A stretch of 64,000 nt of DNA from an uncultured virus (IMG/VR IMGVR_UViG_2811995097_000007) (Duplodnaviria > Heunggongvirae > Uroviricota > Caudoviricetes), in the IMG/VR virus record IMGVR_UViG_2811995097_000007; one strand, written 5' to 3'. Position 1 is the stretch's first letter. Every line of letters starts with the position of its first letter. The translations under genes and the position numbers were made by a program. Shown one piece after another: positions 1 to 10,054 of the stretch. The notes under the pieces were generated by a model that was given only the letters and a program-made list of their open reading frames with translations, was not told the origin of the DNA and did no database searches.

Positions 1-345
1 ATGAAGAATCAGCAGGCCCATCCTGCGTTAGAGGCTTTATTTTGGTTGAGTTCTGAATTTGGTACAGATGAAAAATATGACACTGGTTTTCTTTCAGAAC
101 TGTATTCATTCCGTAATGACCTTGAGCATAATTATGTCAGAGTTTGCGAAGGTGGCAGCTCCCCCTGGGATTCTTCTTCAGATTACGCAAGGACTGTGAC
201 GAGAGAAGAACTCGTTGATTTAACACGTTTATCTTTGTCTACAGCTAGATCTGCGCTTTTTTACCTAACTTTTTTTGTTAAGTCGCAGGAAGAAGAAGTA
301 GAAAACGCAGGGAATCTCTTTCACAAGTCCGTCCCTTATGTATAA
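1..345 (+). CDS. HEPN-domain protein, LA2681-like (probably the C-terminal part of a longer gene)
   Basis: LEALFWLS followed by an RxxxxH motif (RNDLEH), as in LA2681-type HEPN RNases; AT-richer than the phage genes; convergent with the last tail gene. Confidence 0.65.
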   Translation: MKNQQAHPALEALFWLSSEFGTDEKYDTGFLSELYSFRNDLEHNYVRVCEGGSSPWDSSSDYARTVTREELVDLTRLSLSTARSALFYLTFFVKSQEEEVENAGNLFHKSVPYV

Positions 346-360
346 CGAGAAAAAGTCCTC

Positions 361-1488
361 CTAACCACTTATACTATCCAGCTTCCCCTTAAATGCCTCC
401 ACTTCGGTGGAGTGCGCGTCAACCTCGACTTGGTTGTTCGGCGTAGTGTTCAAAGCCGGATGCGTATGGACGGCCAGGTCGTGCAGGGCGCAGCGTACCT
501 CCTCCATGAATGCAGTAATGGTGGGCAACAGACTTATTCCGGTACCGCTCTGGCCCATGCGAATGGTGGTCGCCTGCAGGTTGATGAAGGGCGCCTCGAT
601 GGTCTTGTTCCCCGTCACCTTCTCTGTTGATTTTCCACCGATGGTTGCGGTTGCATCACCACCGATATCCGTGGTCCGCTTGCCCCCGACAGATTCCGTG
701 TGATCGCCGCCTATGTCTTCGGCCTTGCTCCCGACAACGGTCTCATCCCGGTTGCCTTTGACCGTTGAGGCGTGATGCCTGCCGACGACTTCCTTTCGGT
801 CCTGGGCGATGATGACATTCATGTCCCGCCCGGTCGTCAGATTGATATTATCCACAGATACCAAGCCAGCGGATCCACCGGACCGGAGCCGGAGCGCTCC
901 CAGGGCCTCGATCGTCTTGACGCCGCCGATCTCCTCGATGCTGTTCTCCCGGATCTTACGATGGTCACGCGAAAAGTCTTCCCTGTTTTCCACGGCCTCG
1001 ACCTCCCGCTTGAGCGATTTGTCGATTATGGCCATGTCCGTTTCGCGTCTCCAGTTGCCGTCCTTGTCCACAGTTTGGAAAACCGCCGCCGACTGCTGCC
1101 AGCGCTGTTGGCCCATGGATATCTCGGGCAGGCTCATGCCTTGCGGATAGATGTGCCGTACCAGTGGATGATCTGGCCGTCCGTAGGCAAAACCGATTTC
1201 GACAATTACTCCCGGCTCCGGGAAGCCGAACAGCCCGGCCTCCTGCCCACAGCCAACCGGAACAGGCAACTGCACGGCTTCATAAACGGGGAAATTCTCG
1301 TCGCGTTCACCGTCCGGTGTCAGGACTTCCAGATCAACGGCATACCGTGGCCGAAAACGCTCGGACAACCCGCCATCAGCCGGAGCATCATGAACATTCA
1401 GTACCCGCGCAAAACGGGGGAGGTGCAGCCCCGCCGACAATTCCGGAAAGAGTTTGAGAATGATCTGCTTTACAGTCTGTCGGAGCAT
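361..1488 (-). CDS. Baseplate spike protein (gpV/Gp5-like)
   Basis: OB-like N-terminus, 8-residue beta-helix repeats (TVKGNRDE TVVGSKAE DIGGDHTE SVGGKRTT), HxH motif (VHTH) near the C-terminus. Confidence 0.75.
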   Translation of the reverse strand: MLRQTVKQIILKLFPELSAGLHLPRFARVLNVHDAPADGGLSERFRPRYAVDLEVLTPDGERDENFPVYEAVQLPVPVGCGQEAGLFGFPEPGVIVEIGFAYGRPDHPLVRHIYPQGMSLPEISMGQQRWQQSAAVFQTVDKDGNWRRETDMAIIDKSLKREVEAVENREDFSRDHRKIRENSIEEIGGVKTIEALGALRLRSGGSAGLVSVDNINLTTGRDMNVIIAQDRKEVVGRHHASTVKGNRDETVVGSKAEDIGGDHTESVGGKRTTDIGGDATATIGGKSTEKVTGNKTIEAPFINLQATTIRMGQSGTGISLLPTITAFMEEVRCALHDLAVHTHPALNTTPNNQVEVDAHSTEVEAFKGKLDSISG

Positions 1489-2162
1489 GTCGTCACCATC
1501 TTCTGTCCTTCAATTTGTGTACTTGCGACATATTTGCCGTTCAGAACCACGCCGGGGCGCAGCTGGGGCAGGATCACGGATTGCCGACCGCCGGTGGCCG
1601 TCACCTTGTCGAATAACCCTTCGGAAAGAGCAGCTGGCCTGGTCGCCCACCGTGAATCCTTCCACGATCCGACAAAGACCTGCCCGTCACCTTGCTGTTG
1701 CCAGATATAGTCCTCGATGCCGAACACCGCGCCTATTGAGTTAAGCCCATGAAATCCGTCTCCGAGTGCATAAAAGGCCGGGACGATCCGATGGGCATAC
1801 TCCCGATCCGGCACAACAAAGCGCAGCCCGGTCCGTTTGGTGTACCACTGCACCACCTCGAGCAGCGTCGGGTGTCGAAGCGCGACCGGCATCGGTGCAT
1901 ACAGAACCGATGTCAGCTCACGGCACCGCAATCGTTGCTGCTTGGCGTTCACCGTCTCGCTGGTCCGAATCAGCCCGGTGAAATACACCAGATCCCGCTC
2001 CTGGGCGGTGTACCCGATTTCAAACCGGACATGCCCGGACAGCACGGTTTCGCTCTGTACCTGAAAGATTGCCCGTCCCGGTGAGCGGAGCGACAGCCGG
2101 ACCTCCGCCTTATCGAGTTGAACAGGCTGATTATTGACGTACAGGGTCTTGCGTAACCTCAT
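1470..2162 (-). CDS. Baseplate hub-like tail protein (HP1/K139 type)
   Basis: Position and size in the tail operon; overlapping start/stop with neighbours. Confidence 0.6.
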   Translation of the reverse strand: MRLRKTLYVNNQPVQLDKAEVRLSLRSPGRAIFQVQSETVLSGHVRFEIGYTAQERDLVYFTGLIRTSETVNAKQQRLRCRELTSVLYAPMPVALRHPTLLEVVQWYTKRTGLRFVVPDREYAHRIVPAFYALGDGFHGLNSIGAVFGIEDYIWQQQGDGQVFVGSWKDSRWATRPAALSEGLFDKVTATGGRQSVILPQLRPGVVLNGKYVASTQIEGQKMVTTCSDRL

Positions 2163-2698
2163 GCCAGCACCTTATCCAGATAGTAGAGAGCATGTTCAAC
2201 CAAGCCCATTTCTTGGATTTCCTGTTCTGCTTTTTTGAGCGCTGCGGTATCCGTAACAGTCGATGTCCCCTCGCTGACCTGGGCAACCGGCTCCGGCTTC
2301 GGTTCACGTTGCTCAACGCGTTCAGGATTGGATTGGTACTCTTTGAGGGTGAAGGAAATATCCCAGGCTCGCAGCCCGTCTTTTTCCCTGACACTGAAAT
2401 TCTCGGCAAACCGGACCTGTCGAATGCCCATGGCGTTAGCAGTCTTGTTGACGATAGTATAAATCTTTCGTTCGCCATTTGTTTTTGCTTCAGCCACGCG
2501 GGTCAGCTCTGTCAGATCACTGGCATCGATCGCCTTGATAACAAGCGACACCGTGATTTTTTTGGGCTTGAATCCATTTTCGACTTCATCGGTACCGCTC
2601 GTATCCCCGGACGCATCCGTCGTGCGGATGTCCATACTCGCCCCGATTTTCAATTCATGGCCGGGCATGTTGTAATTGTCCAGTCGCAACAAACTCAT
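2159..2698 (-). CDS. Phage baseplate/tail protein
   Basis: ATGA-type coupling in the tail operon; HP1-type gene order. Confidence 0.55.
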   Translation of the reverse strand: MSLLRLDNYNMPGHELKIGASMDIRTTDASGDTSGTDEVENGFKPKKITVSLVIKAIDASDLTELTRVAEAKTNGERKIYTIVNKTANAMGIRQVRFAENFSVREKDGLRAWDISFTLKEYQSNPERVEQREPKPEPVAQVSEGTSTVTDTAALKKAEQEIQEMGLVEHALYYLDKVLA

Positions 2699-3600
2699 AG
2701 GCTTACCATCTCCCGAATAAATGCAACGTCATCGGTGCTGCCGATCCAGCAGCACAACGCGCTCAGTTTATAGCCTTCCACTGGCGGTGTGTTCTCTTTC
2801 AGTTGTCTCCGGATGCTGCCCATGTTGCCGTTCAAAGCCAGCCCCATGCCGGAATCACCGCACAGCGCGTCGGTCACCAAAGTCCATGCCGCGTCCAGCT
2901 CCTGCAGATGGGTGCGCTTTTTCTCGATGAGCGCGTTCAGCTCCGCTTCAGGGCGCGTGTTTTCCTGCTCATATCCCTCGGCCATCCCCAGCAAACCGCC
3001 AATCTCCTGATCCAGCTGCACAGTTCGAGAGTGCCGTCGCGTTTCATGGCTATGCCATGAAGGATGCACAGGACCGACCGCACGGATCAGCTTGTCCTTT
3101 TCCAACGTCGCCAACCACTTGGCCCGACGCTTTGCCAGCATCAGCTCCGTTACCGGAAAGAGCGTGCAAAATGCGCCCAGGACATCAGCAAAATGTTCGT
3201 GGTCAACGCCTCGCAACAGGAGGAAAACGCTTTCTAGACCATTTTTAGATAATACATCCTGCGGATCGGCCAGCTTGTCAGCCATCCCTGTTACCGTCTG
3301 TTGCGGGGTCAGGTAGGCATATTCGCCGCGCCGGTCTCCCAGGGGGTGAATGTACGGGTGCAGGCATAGGAAATGCCCTCCGGCCTGCAACAGCCCAATC
3401 GTGGAGGTTCGCAGTGCCTCCACACCGGCAGCGGCAGCGGCCACCGGATTGGATGCAATGGGGATCGCACCATTTACCGCAGCCAGACGGTTCTGGCTTG
3501 TGTTCAATTCACCAGGAGCAGCCCCCCGGCATCCCTGCAGTTCGTCATGGACTGCCTGCAGGGATGGCGGTGGGGCCAGTGTGATGGGGTGCCAGGTCAT
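2695..3600 (-). CDS. Phage tail-region protein
   Basis: Coupled ORF in the tail operon. Confidence 0.5.
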   Translation of the reverse strand: MTWHPITLAPPPSLQAVHDELQGCRGAAPGELNTSQNRLAAVNGAIPIASNPVAAAAAGVEALRTSTIGLLQAGGHFLCLHPYIHPLGDRRGEYAYLTPQQTVTGMADKLADPQDVLSKNGLESVFLLLRGVDHEHFADVLGAFCTLFPVTELMLAKRRAKWLATLEKDKLIRAVGPVHPSWHSHETRRHSRTVQLDQEIGGLLGMAEGYEQENTRPEAELNALIEKKRTHLQELDAAWTLVTDALCGDSGMGLALNGNMGSIRRQLKENTPPVEGYKLSALCCWIGSTDDVAFIREMVSL

Positions 3601-3602
3601 GG

Positions 3603-4013
3603 CTACCCAGCTGTAGGCGGTTCAGGCCAGGTTATGGACGCCGGGAATCCCGCCTGCAATGGCACGTCCCTCAACTGCTGAATGTATTGATCCAATGGTT
3701 CGATCGGCTCTGTCGGTTGAACTCCTTGTCTCAGCTCGGAAAGATGGCGCTCAACTCGCCAGCTTATACCCTCAATGAGGGCATCCCTCTGACTCCTTAC
3801 CATCTTAGTCAATTCTTGAGTGGTTGGTGTCGGTCTATTAACGGCGATGGGATTGCCTTGATCATCAGGAACAATACATTTTCCCAACTCTTGTTCGCCC
3901 ATTAGTTCCGCATGGCGCTCAATAGATATCAAACCATCAGCGGGCGTATACTCTTCAGTCAGCGGGAAAAAACCACGGGTATTTTTATCGTATAGGTATC
4001 CAGTAATGCTCAT
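3603..4013 (-). CDS. Tail fibre assembly chaperone
   Basis: R..RDAL and YIQQLRDVPLQAGFP..ITWPEPP motifs; follows the fibre gene; start set at MSITGY with RBS. Confidence 0.85.
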   Translation of the reverse strand: MSITGYLYDKNTRGFFPLTEEYTPADGLISIERHAELMGEQELGKCIVPDDQGNPIAVNRPTPTTQELTKMVRSQRDALIEGISWRVERHLSELRQGVQPTEPIEPLDQYIQQLRDVPLQAGFPASITWPEPPTAG

Positions 4014-4023
4014 TTTTCCCCCT

Positions 4024-5391
4024 TTAATATCCAATGGCAAACCAGTATACATTGGGGCTGACGCCCGATCCGATCTCAGCACGAACGGTAAATTGTGTGA
4101 GAGTATAGCTGTGTGTAGTAACGGCTTCGTTACCTAGCGTTCCATAATCTTTACCTAAAGAAGCCACTACGGAACAACAGCTATTGGGGAACGCCAATGG
4201 GAATGTAACGATCGAGCTTGAAGGCGACGCAATCGTATTCCCCCACTGAAGAATCAGTCCGTTTGGCATCACTGTGTAGCCTGTTGAAGCATTGTTCCCC
4301 TGCCATTGCCCTGTGGCTCCACGTGCTTGGGCCGTCCGTAGCGGGGTCATTTTACCAATATCGTTTATGCCGTTTTTGGCTTCGGCCTCGGTTGGTATAG
4401 TGGTCCTCCCAATTAAGGCGTGAAGCGCTGCCTCAACATCCTGTGTACCGATGAGTCCGGCTTGCTCCCCGCTATAACTGACATTGTTTGCCTCTATCGT
4501 TTCATACTCGGGATGGTTATGGGCTTTCCCCGCAACAACGCCACCGAGTTCTCCGGCCAAAGTTTTGGGCCGAAAATCGGTAATGGTCCTGTCGACCGCG
4601 ATGTCGGCGATTTTCTGGCCGTAATGTTTGCCGTTGGTCCCGTCCATGTAATCGCCGGGATCCGCGTACACCACAGAGGCCACGGCCACGCGATCGGAAC
4701 CTTGGGACTGCAGTGCTACATCCAGGAATACCTCGGCAGGCAGGGCTGGCGGGGTAATCTCCTGTAATGTGTCCAGCTCGATGCGGATACCCTCAACGTA
4801 GGCCAGTCCCGGCTGGAGCTTAAAAGCTCCGGCATCATCAATGACCAGATACCCGTCGCCGAAGAAACAGGCAGGGCCGTAGATGTCGCGGTTGGAAAGC
4901 CGTTCGCGCTCGTCTATGCCTTTGAGCCGGGCAGTAAAGTCGATCTGCCATGTGGACGCTTCAACCGTGATGTTGGTCACACCCTGAACACCGGAGTATT
5001 CCAGCATGAAATTGCGGGTGATGGCGTTGCCCATGACCGGGTGTGCCGTCTTTTTCTTGTTCAGCGTGGGGCAGTAGGTGATGGCGATGACAGCGTCGTC
5101 GGCAGAGGAATACAGCCCGATCCAGTTGAAATCGAAATCGCCGATGTCGGAACCCAACAACATGGAATAGACGACCTGGTTAGGGTTTATATACCCCTTG
5201 TTCTCGGCGGGGATGGTGTACTCATGGACAACGTACTCGGCTCCGGGCTTTCCCTCGGTACGGTCCACGGCCACCGTTGGGTCCAGCCCCGGTACATTGG
5301 CGACAATGAACTTGTCGATGACCAGAGGCGTTTCCAGATTCTGGTGCAGGGCGAGAAGGGCCTCGCCCGCGTTGGTAATGGCACTGCTCAT
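4024..5391 (-). CDS. Tail fibre protein (tail-collar N-terminus, gp53-like C-terminal tip)
   Basis: N-terminal SAITNAGE...GDFDFNWIGL...WQIDF; C-terminal GYTVMPNGLILQWG...FPLAFPN...YWFAIGY. Confidence 0.88.
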   Translation of the reverse strand: MSSAITNAGEALLALHQNLETPLVIDKFIVANVPGLDPTVAVDRTEGKPGAEYVVHEYTIPAENKGYINPNQVVYSMLLGSDIGDFDFNWIGLYSSADDAVIAITYCPTLNKKKTAHPVMGNAITRNFMLEYSGVQGVTNITVEASTWQIDFTARLKGIDERERLSNRDIYGPACFFGDGYLVIDDAGAFKLQPGLAYVEGIRIELDTLQEITPPALPAEVFLDVALQSQGSDRVAVASVVYADPGDYMDGTNGKHYGQKIADIAVDRTITDFRPKTLAGELGGVVAGKAHNHPEYETIEANNVSYSGEQAGLIGTQDVEAALHALIGRTTIPTEAEAKNGINDIGKMTPLRTAQARGATGQWQGNNASTGYTVMPNGLILQWGNTIASPSSSIVTFPLAFPNSCCSVVASLGKDYGTLGNEAVTTHSYTLTQFTVRAEIGSGVSPNVYWFAIGY

Positions 5392-5406
5392 GAAGGCTCC
5401 TGTTGG

Positions 5407-5658
5407 TTACTTGCTGACATCAGCAACAAGGTCTTTGATGTTAGATGCGAGATGGTCTGTGACTTTTTTGAATCCTTCGGATTCATTCTCTTCTGGAAAT
5501 CCTCTGTACCTACAACGGGCAGGATAGACGGATGTCACAGCCTTGGTCTCTTCGTCGACCTCGCAGACCAAAGCCCACCCAAAAAGGTGGAGTATGCGAT
5601 TAACCCACCAAAGCAGCCCCGCTTCACGGAAGTTTTCCCAGGATTGTTTTTCAAGCAT
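5407..5658 (-). CDS. Hypothetical protein inserted in the tail operon
   Basis: 83-aa ORF with GGAG RBS between the tail I-like and fibre genes. Confidence 0.6.
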   Translation of the reverse strand: MLEKQSWENFREAGLLWWVNRILHLFGWALVCEVDEETKAVTSVYPARCRYRGFPEENESEGFKKVTDHLASNIKDLVADVSK

Positions 5659-5670
5659 TGGCGCTGCTCC

Positions 5671-6273
5671 TTATAGTTTAGCGGATACAACCGCTTGATC
5701 GTTGTTGATTTCATGTAAACGAGGGCCAACCACCAGGGGAGGCACTGCTGCATTCATGGTCTGATAGTCGTTGTCAAAAGTCTCCACACGGATGGAGGTG
5801 GGCAACGGGGTAATGATGGTCCACTCGTACCGGCGGCACGTCCTGCCGTAGTGCTGGATGAGGACCTGCAGCAGATCCTGGTTGTCTGCCAGTTGAGAGT
5901 CGGAGAGGAGAATAGCCAGCACATCCCAATCGCGGCCAGGCATGCGTTCCTCTATCTTGATGTAGCCAACCCCCAGCCGTTGGAATATCCGCTTGAATCC
6001 TTCAACCGATCCGGCATCCCTGGCGTTGACGTATGCGTACTTGACGCGCTTGCGGAACAGGTCCAGCGGTTCGCCGTTGAAACGGTCGATATCGCGCTGC
6101 CAGGCAATCAGGTTCAGGACCGGCTCGACACAGGTCTCGGGATCCATCTGCTGGGCAGGCCAGGACGCCCACTCCATAATCTGGTCGAACCAGATGGCGG
6201 CAGCTTTGGATAATTTGGTCAGCTCCGCGCCTGACATCCAAAAGGGTAATTGGAATGCTCGAATGTCCTTCAT
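5671..6273 (-). CDS. Phage tail protein, P2 gpI-like
   Basis: DPETC...LIAWQRDI...AGSVEG motifs; follows baseplate J. Confidence 0.85.
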   Translation of the reverse strand: MKDIRAFQLPFWMSGAELTKLSKAAAIWFDQIMEWASWPAQQMDPETCVEPVLNLIAWQRDIDRFNGEPLDLFRKRVKYAYVNARDAGSVEGFKRIFQRLGVGYIKIEERMPGRDWDVLAILLSDSQLADNQDLLQVLIQHYGRTCRRYEWTIITPLPTSIRVETFDNDYQTMNAAVPPLVVGPRLHEINNDQAVVSAKL

Positions 6274-6285
6274 CAGGTCTCCTTG

Positions 6286-7452
6286 TTATCCGAGCTGTAC
6301 GAGCAGGGTGCCGAGTACCGGCAGGTCCATGGTTGATACGATGTCCGTCGTCCGGTTGAATTCAACAGACAACAGGTCCGGCATGGCATGCAGGTCCTTG
6401 TCCAGTTGCGACAGGGAAAACCGGCTGTGCGGCATGGTTTTGGTCATGGTAAAATTGGTGTTCTCGCGGAAGGCGCAGCGGACCCTGTCTTCCACGTCTT
6501 TTTTCAGCGCTGCTATCCTGTCTTCCGAGAGGTTGGGCTTGGGGAACACCGTCACAGTCAGGTCGTGCGGCGTTTCCGGCATGGGATAGCAAACCATGTC
6601 GTCGCCGTGTCCATGGTTGCCCTTGTCCCGAATGTGCTGGTTGATGTCGTCAACCCATTCCTGGGGCGGCGCTCCTGTCTCTTGCATGATGAAGCAATTG
6701 GCTGTCCCTGGACCACGCGGGGCGTTGTGTTCAAAGAAGAGATAGTCGGTCCGAATCCCGGCATATTCCGATATGACAGCCTTGTATGCGGCGTCATGGT
6801 GATACTGGCCCACGGCGCTGAACTGGTTGCGGCCACGCAGACGCAGCTCCTCGTCTTTCTCCTCATCCGCTCCAGGCGTCACCAGCCAGTCAGCCGTGTT
6901 GCTGACAGCCACAATGCCGGGGATGGGCGCAGGCAGAATCGAATAATAACCGGGGCCGAGGTTGTAGGCCGATCCGGGCTTTTCCGCCTCGACCGGCACG
7001 GAAGCAACCAGCATCCCGTCCGGGATCGTCGTGTCAGCCGTCACGATGACACGGTAAATATACCCGTCCAGCTTTGGGCTTTCGATGACAGTCCCGGCCG
7101 GGACTGTCATTTCCCCTGCTGACGTTTCGCGGGTAAACGGGATGGAGCCAACGGCCTTGGTCTCAGGCTTGCGCTTGATGTTTACAGCCCACACCAGCAC
7201 GTCCAGCCACTGGCCGGATGCGTATTTCATGAACAGGTTGGGCAGGGCCGTTATGACCAGCAGGTCCACCAGCCATTTACACGGCGTGGTAACAATTGCC
7301 TGAATGAGTCGCCAGAACGGGCTCCACTTGGAATCGTTGGTGATGAGACTGCCCTGGGCCTCGTTGATCTGCTTCCAGCGCGTTTCCATGTCAGCTTCGG
7401 AAATGGGGATATCCGCTTCCTTCAGCATGCCTTCAAACAGTTCCCGGCTCAT
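6286..7452 (-). CDS. Baseplate J/gp47 family protein
   Basis: ASGQWLD, VPAGT, PGADEEKDEELR, PRGPGT motifs; start set at MSRELF. Confidence 0.9.
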   Translation of the reverse strand: MSRELFEGMLKEADIPISEADMETRWKQINEAQGSLITNDSKWSPFWRLIQAIVTTPCKWLVDLLVITALPNLFMKYASGQWLDVLVWAVNIKRKPETKAVGSIPFTRETSAGEMTVPAGTVIESPKLDGYIYRVIVTADTTIPDGMLVASVPVEAEKPGSAYNLGPGYYSILPAPIPGIVAVSNTADWLVTPGADEEKDEELRLRGRNQFSAVGQYHHDAAYKAVISEYAGIRTDYLFFEHNAPRGPGTANCFIMQETGAPPQEWVDDINQHIRDKGNHGHGDDMVCYPMPETPHDLTVTVFPKPNLSEDRIAALKKDVEDRVRCAFRENTNFTMTKTMPHSRFSLSQLDKDLHAMPDLLSVEFNRTTDIVSTMDLPVLGTLLVQLG

Positions 7453-7781
7453 GTTGTCTCCATTGTCATATTGATTTTTCCGAACTCCACTGTGTCGGCC
7501 TGCAGGAAGAAACGCCCCAGCTCCACTTCGGTGATCACGCATGATCCGGGGACGATGCGTTCGTCGTTGTCCACTTCCAGAGTGAGCTTGACCAGGTTCT
7601 CGGCTTTCTTGCCTTCGTCCCGGTTGGCAACCAGCTCCACCAGTAATCCAGATTCCCGAATCATGTGCTGAATGTCCTGGGCTATTGAGTCCCGGTCCTG
7701 GCACCGTTCCGGTAAGCCGCCGACATCCAGTGTCAGGTCGTTGTCGGTAATGAGGAGGTCAAAATACTTTGCTTCAGCCAC
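7449..7781 (-). CDS. Baseplate wedge-like protein (DUF2590-like)
   Basis: DLLITDND...SIAQDIQHMIRESGL...RIVPGS; HP1-type order. Confidence 0.75.
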   Translation of the reverse strand: MAEAKYFDLLITDNDLTLDVGGLPERCQDRDSIAQDIQHMIRESGLLVELVANRDEGKKAENLVKLTLEVDNDERIVPGSCVITEVELGRFFLQADTVEFGKINMTMETT

Positions 7782-7784
7782 TGC

Positions 7785-9542
7785 CTACCTCCCTCCCAAC
7801 AACCACATACGCTCTTCAAGCTCCTGGTTGCTCATGTTGGTGTGGAAGTGGTTTTCCTGCTTGCCGATGGTCCGGCTGTCGCTACGGTTCTTGGCAACGG
7901 TATTGGCGATATGGGTGGTCATTCCACCGGGGACAGCGTCCATCTTTCTGCCTGAATCCAGCGAGGGAGAAGAGATGGTCTCATCTTCGCCGAAGCCGAA
8001 GAAACCGCCGACCTTGTCCACAACCCATCCGATATTGTCGGACAGCATCCCGAACCCCTTCAACAGCCAGTCAATGATCTGCATGATCCCTTTGCCCCAG
8101 CTGGTATCCAGGAATGCGGCCTTGAGGTCGTCCCACCAGTAGATGACAGCGCCAACCGCAGCCACCACCCCAACAAGGGCGGCAACCAGCCAGACAGCCG
8201 GGTTGGCCCAAAAAGCGGTGTTCAACAGCCACATGACGCCCTTGGCGATGAGTCCCTGCTTGGTAAACAGCGCCAAAGCCCACCTGGCCGCGCTGATGGC
8301 CGGAGCCAGCCCAATCATCCCGAGCTTTGATAGCCCCATGACAACACTGAGTGCGCCGAGAGCGGCCGTCATGCTGAATACGGCGAGCACGCCGTAGCCG
8401 ATCCAGCGTGTGATGTTTTGATATTTCCCCATCCATGCCGTCATGGTTGCGGCCGCATTGGCCATCCCGTTGATGAGCGGATCCAGTGCCGGGTTCAAAC
8501 TTTGTCCAAGGGCTGTGGTAATGCCGAGCACTCCCTGCCAGATGCGTTGCAGTGGAGTGACCATGTGTGACGCCATCTCTGTGGCCTTGTCCATGCCGTT
8601 GATTTTGCCGAGCATGTCCATCTTTTCTGTCAACTCGCCAGTTTTTCCATAGAGACCTTCGACAAGCGCAGCGGCTTCATCAGTACCGAAAGCCTTTTTC
8701 AAAAGGTCTTGCTCGACAGCATCCAATTCACCAAATTTGTTTTGTATTTTTTCCATGATATCAACCATGGGAAGGAGACGATTGTTTGAGTCGACAAACG
8801 AAAGGCCGAGTTTTTGTTGAGCACCGTAGGCGCTGGAAAGAAACGCTTTGTACTTGGTGCCAGCCTCGCTGCCGGACATGGTCTGCTGTAATTTGCCAAG
8901 CACACTCAACTGTTCGGCAATGCTGACACCTGCATTGGTGGCTTTGGAACCAAGCGTGGTGAATGCTGCGGACATTTGGCTGCCGTCAGTTCGGAAAGCT
9001 TGAACTGCTGCCGCCGTTTGTCCGGTCAACCTTTCAACCCACTGTGCTTTACCCATTTTATTCGCTTCATCTTCGAAGATTCCGTACATAGTGGACATGT
9101 ATCCGGTGATGGTCCCCGCATCGGACTTGGTCGCTGTCGCCAGCACGTTGCCCGCGTTGGTGAACACGGCCAGATCGTTACCCTCAAGACCGCTGATAGC
9201 GGATTGAATGTCATACGCCGACCGGACAAACCCGTCCGCAGCGCGGCCATACTTGATGGAATACTGGAGCGCCTGGTCAGACAGCCCTTTCAGGGTGGAA
9301 TCGTCCACGCCGAGACTTGCCACCTCGCCCATGGCCTGGCGCAATTGCTCGGCAGGGTTGATCAGTCCCATGAACGACAACCCGGCACCGGCTATCCCGG
9401 CAGCGCCCGTTCCCACTTGGGTAAACGCTCGTTCGGAAGCCGCAGCCATGCCGGACAGGTGCTTCTGCACCTTGGCAACAGGGGCTGAAACCCGATCGAT
9501 GAGGTTGATGGAAAACATCAGCTTCTGCAGTTTTTCGTTCAT
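7785..9542 (-). CDS. Tail tape measure protein
   Basis: 585 aa, Ala/Gly-rich helical, GSEAGT motif, hydrophobic ANP region. Confidence 0.9.
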   Translation of the reverse strand: MNEKLQKLMFSINLIDRVSAPVAKVQKHLSGMAAASERAFTQVGTGAAGIAGAGLSFMGLINPAEQLRQAMGEVASLGVDDSTLKGLSDQALQYSIKYGRAADGFVRSAYDIQSAISGLEGNDLAVFTNAGNVLATATKSDAGTITGYMSTMYGIFEDEANKMGKAQWVERLTGQTAAAVQAFRTDGSQMSAAFTTLGSKATNAGVSIAEQLSVLGKLQQTMSGSEAGTKYKAFLSSAYGAQQKLGLSFVDSNNRLLPMVDIMEKIQNKFGELDAVEQDLLKKAFGTDEAAALVEGLYGKTGELTEKMDMLGKINGMDKATEMASHMVTPLQRIWQGVLGITTALGQSLNPALDPLINGMANAAATMTAWMGKYQNITRWIGYGVLAVFSMTAALGALSVVMGLSKLGMIGLAPAISAARWALALFTKQGLIAKGVMWLLNTAFWANPAVWLVAALVGVVAAVGAVIYWWDDLKAAFLDTSWGKGIMQIIDWLLKGFGMLSDNIGWVVDKVGGFFGFGEDETISSPSLDSGRKMDAVPGGMTTHIANTVAKNRSDSRTIGKQENHFHTNMSNQELEERMWLLGGR

Positions 9543-9594
9543 GCTTGATCCTGTTCTCTATAAGCCCCGGTTTGGAATCCCGTTCCGGGGCTTA

Positions 9595-10037
9595 TTATTT
9601 CATGGCGATCAGTATCCCGTTGTTCACGGCCACTTTCATCCGTTCCCAATAGTCGTTCTCAAGAAACAGCGCTTCGCCCAGTGATTGTTCGGTGACGGGC
9701 CGCTCCCCGAACCACTTGCGGTGATACGTGTAGAACTGCCCTATGGGGTCGCGTCGGAGCTGTTCGGCGACCGCTTCGACTTTCCCACGGTGACCCGCAG
9801 ATCAGGGGTGTACTCCTCAACCAGATCGCCCACGATGGTCAGCGGTGCGCCGGGGATGAGCAGTAGTTCTTTCAGTTGCTCCTTGCAGCCCTCGTCCACC
9901 GTCCGCATCAGAAAGTTGTGCGCCGGGGAAACCTTGTTGTTCGGCTGCATTTCATTGAGGAAACGGTTGTAATCGTCCGGTTCGATGTGAAAGGTGATCG
10001 GCTTGTCGTTGATGTCCAAAGTGATGGTCTTTTTCAT
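9595..10037 (-). CDS. Tail assembly chaperone (9741..10037) with a -1 frameshift extension to 9595
   Basis: Slippery GGGAAAG (minus strand, 9780-9786); the -1 frame stays open (VEAVAEQLRRD...NNGILIAMK*) up to the tape measure gene. Confidence 0.8.
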
Positions 10038-10054
10038 GATGCTCCTCCAAAAGG

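Noticed and set aside
3603..5391. Tail-fibre diversification by DGR or invertase
   Set aside because: No reverse transcriptase, invertase, template/variable repeat pair or inverted cassette is seen in either prophage.
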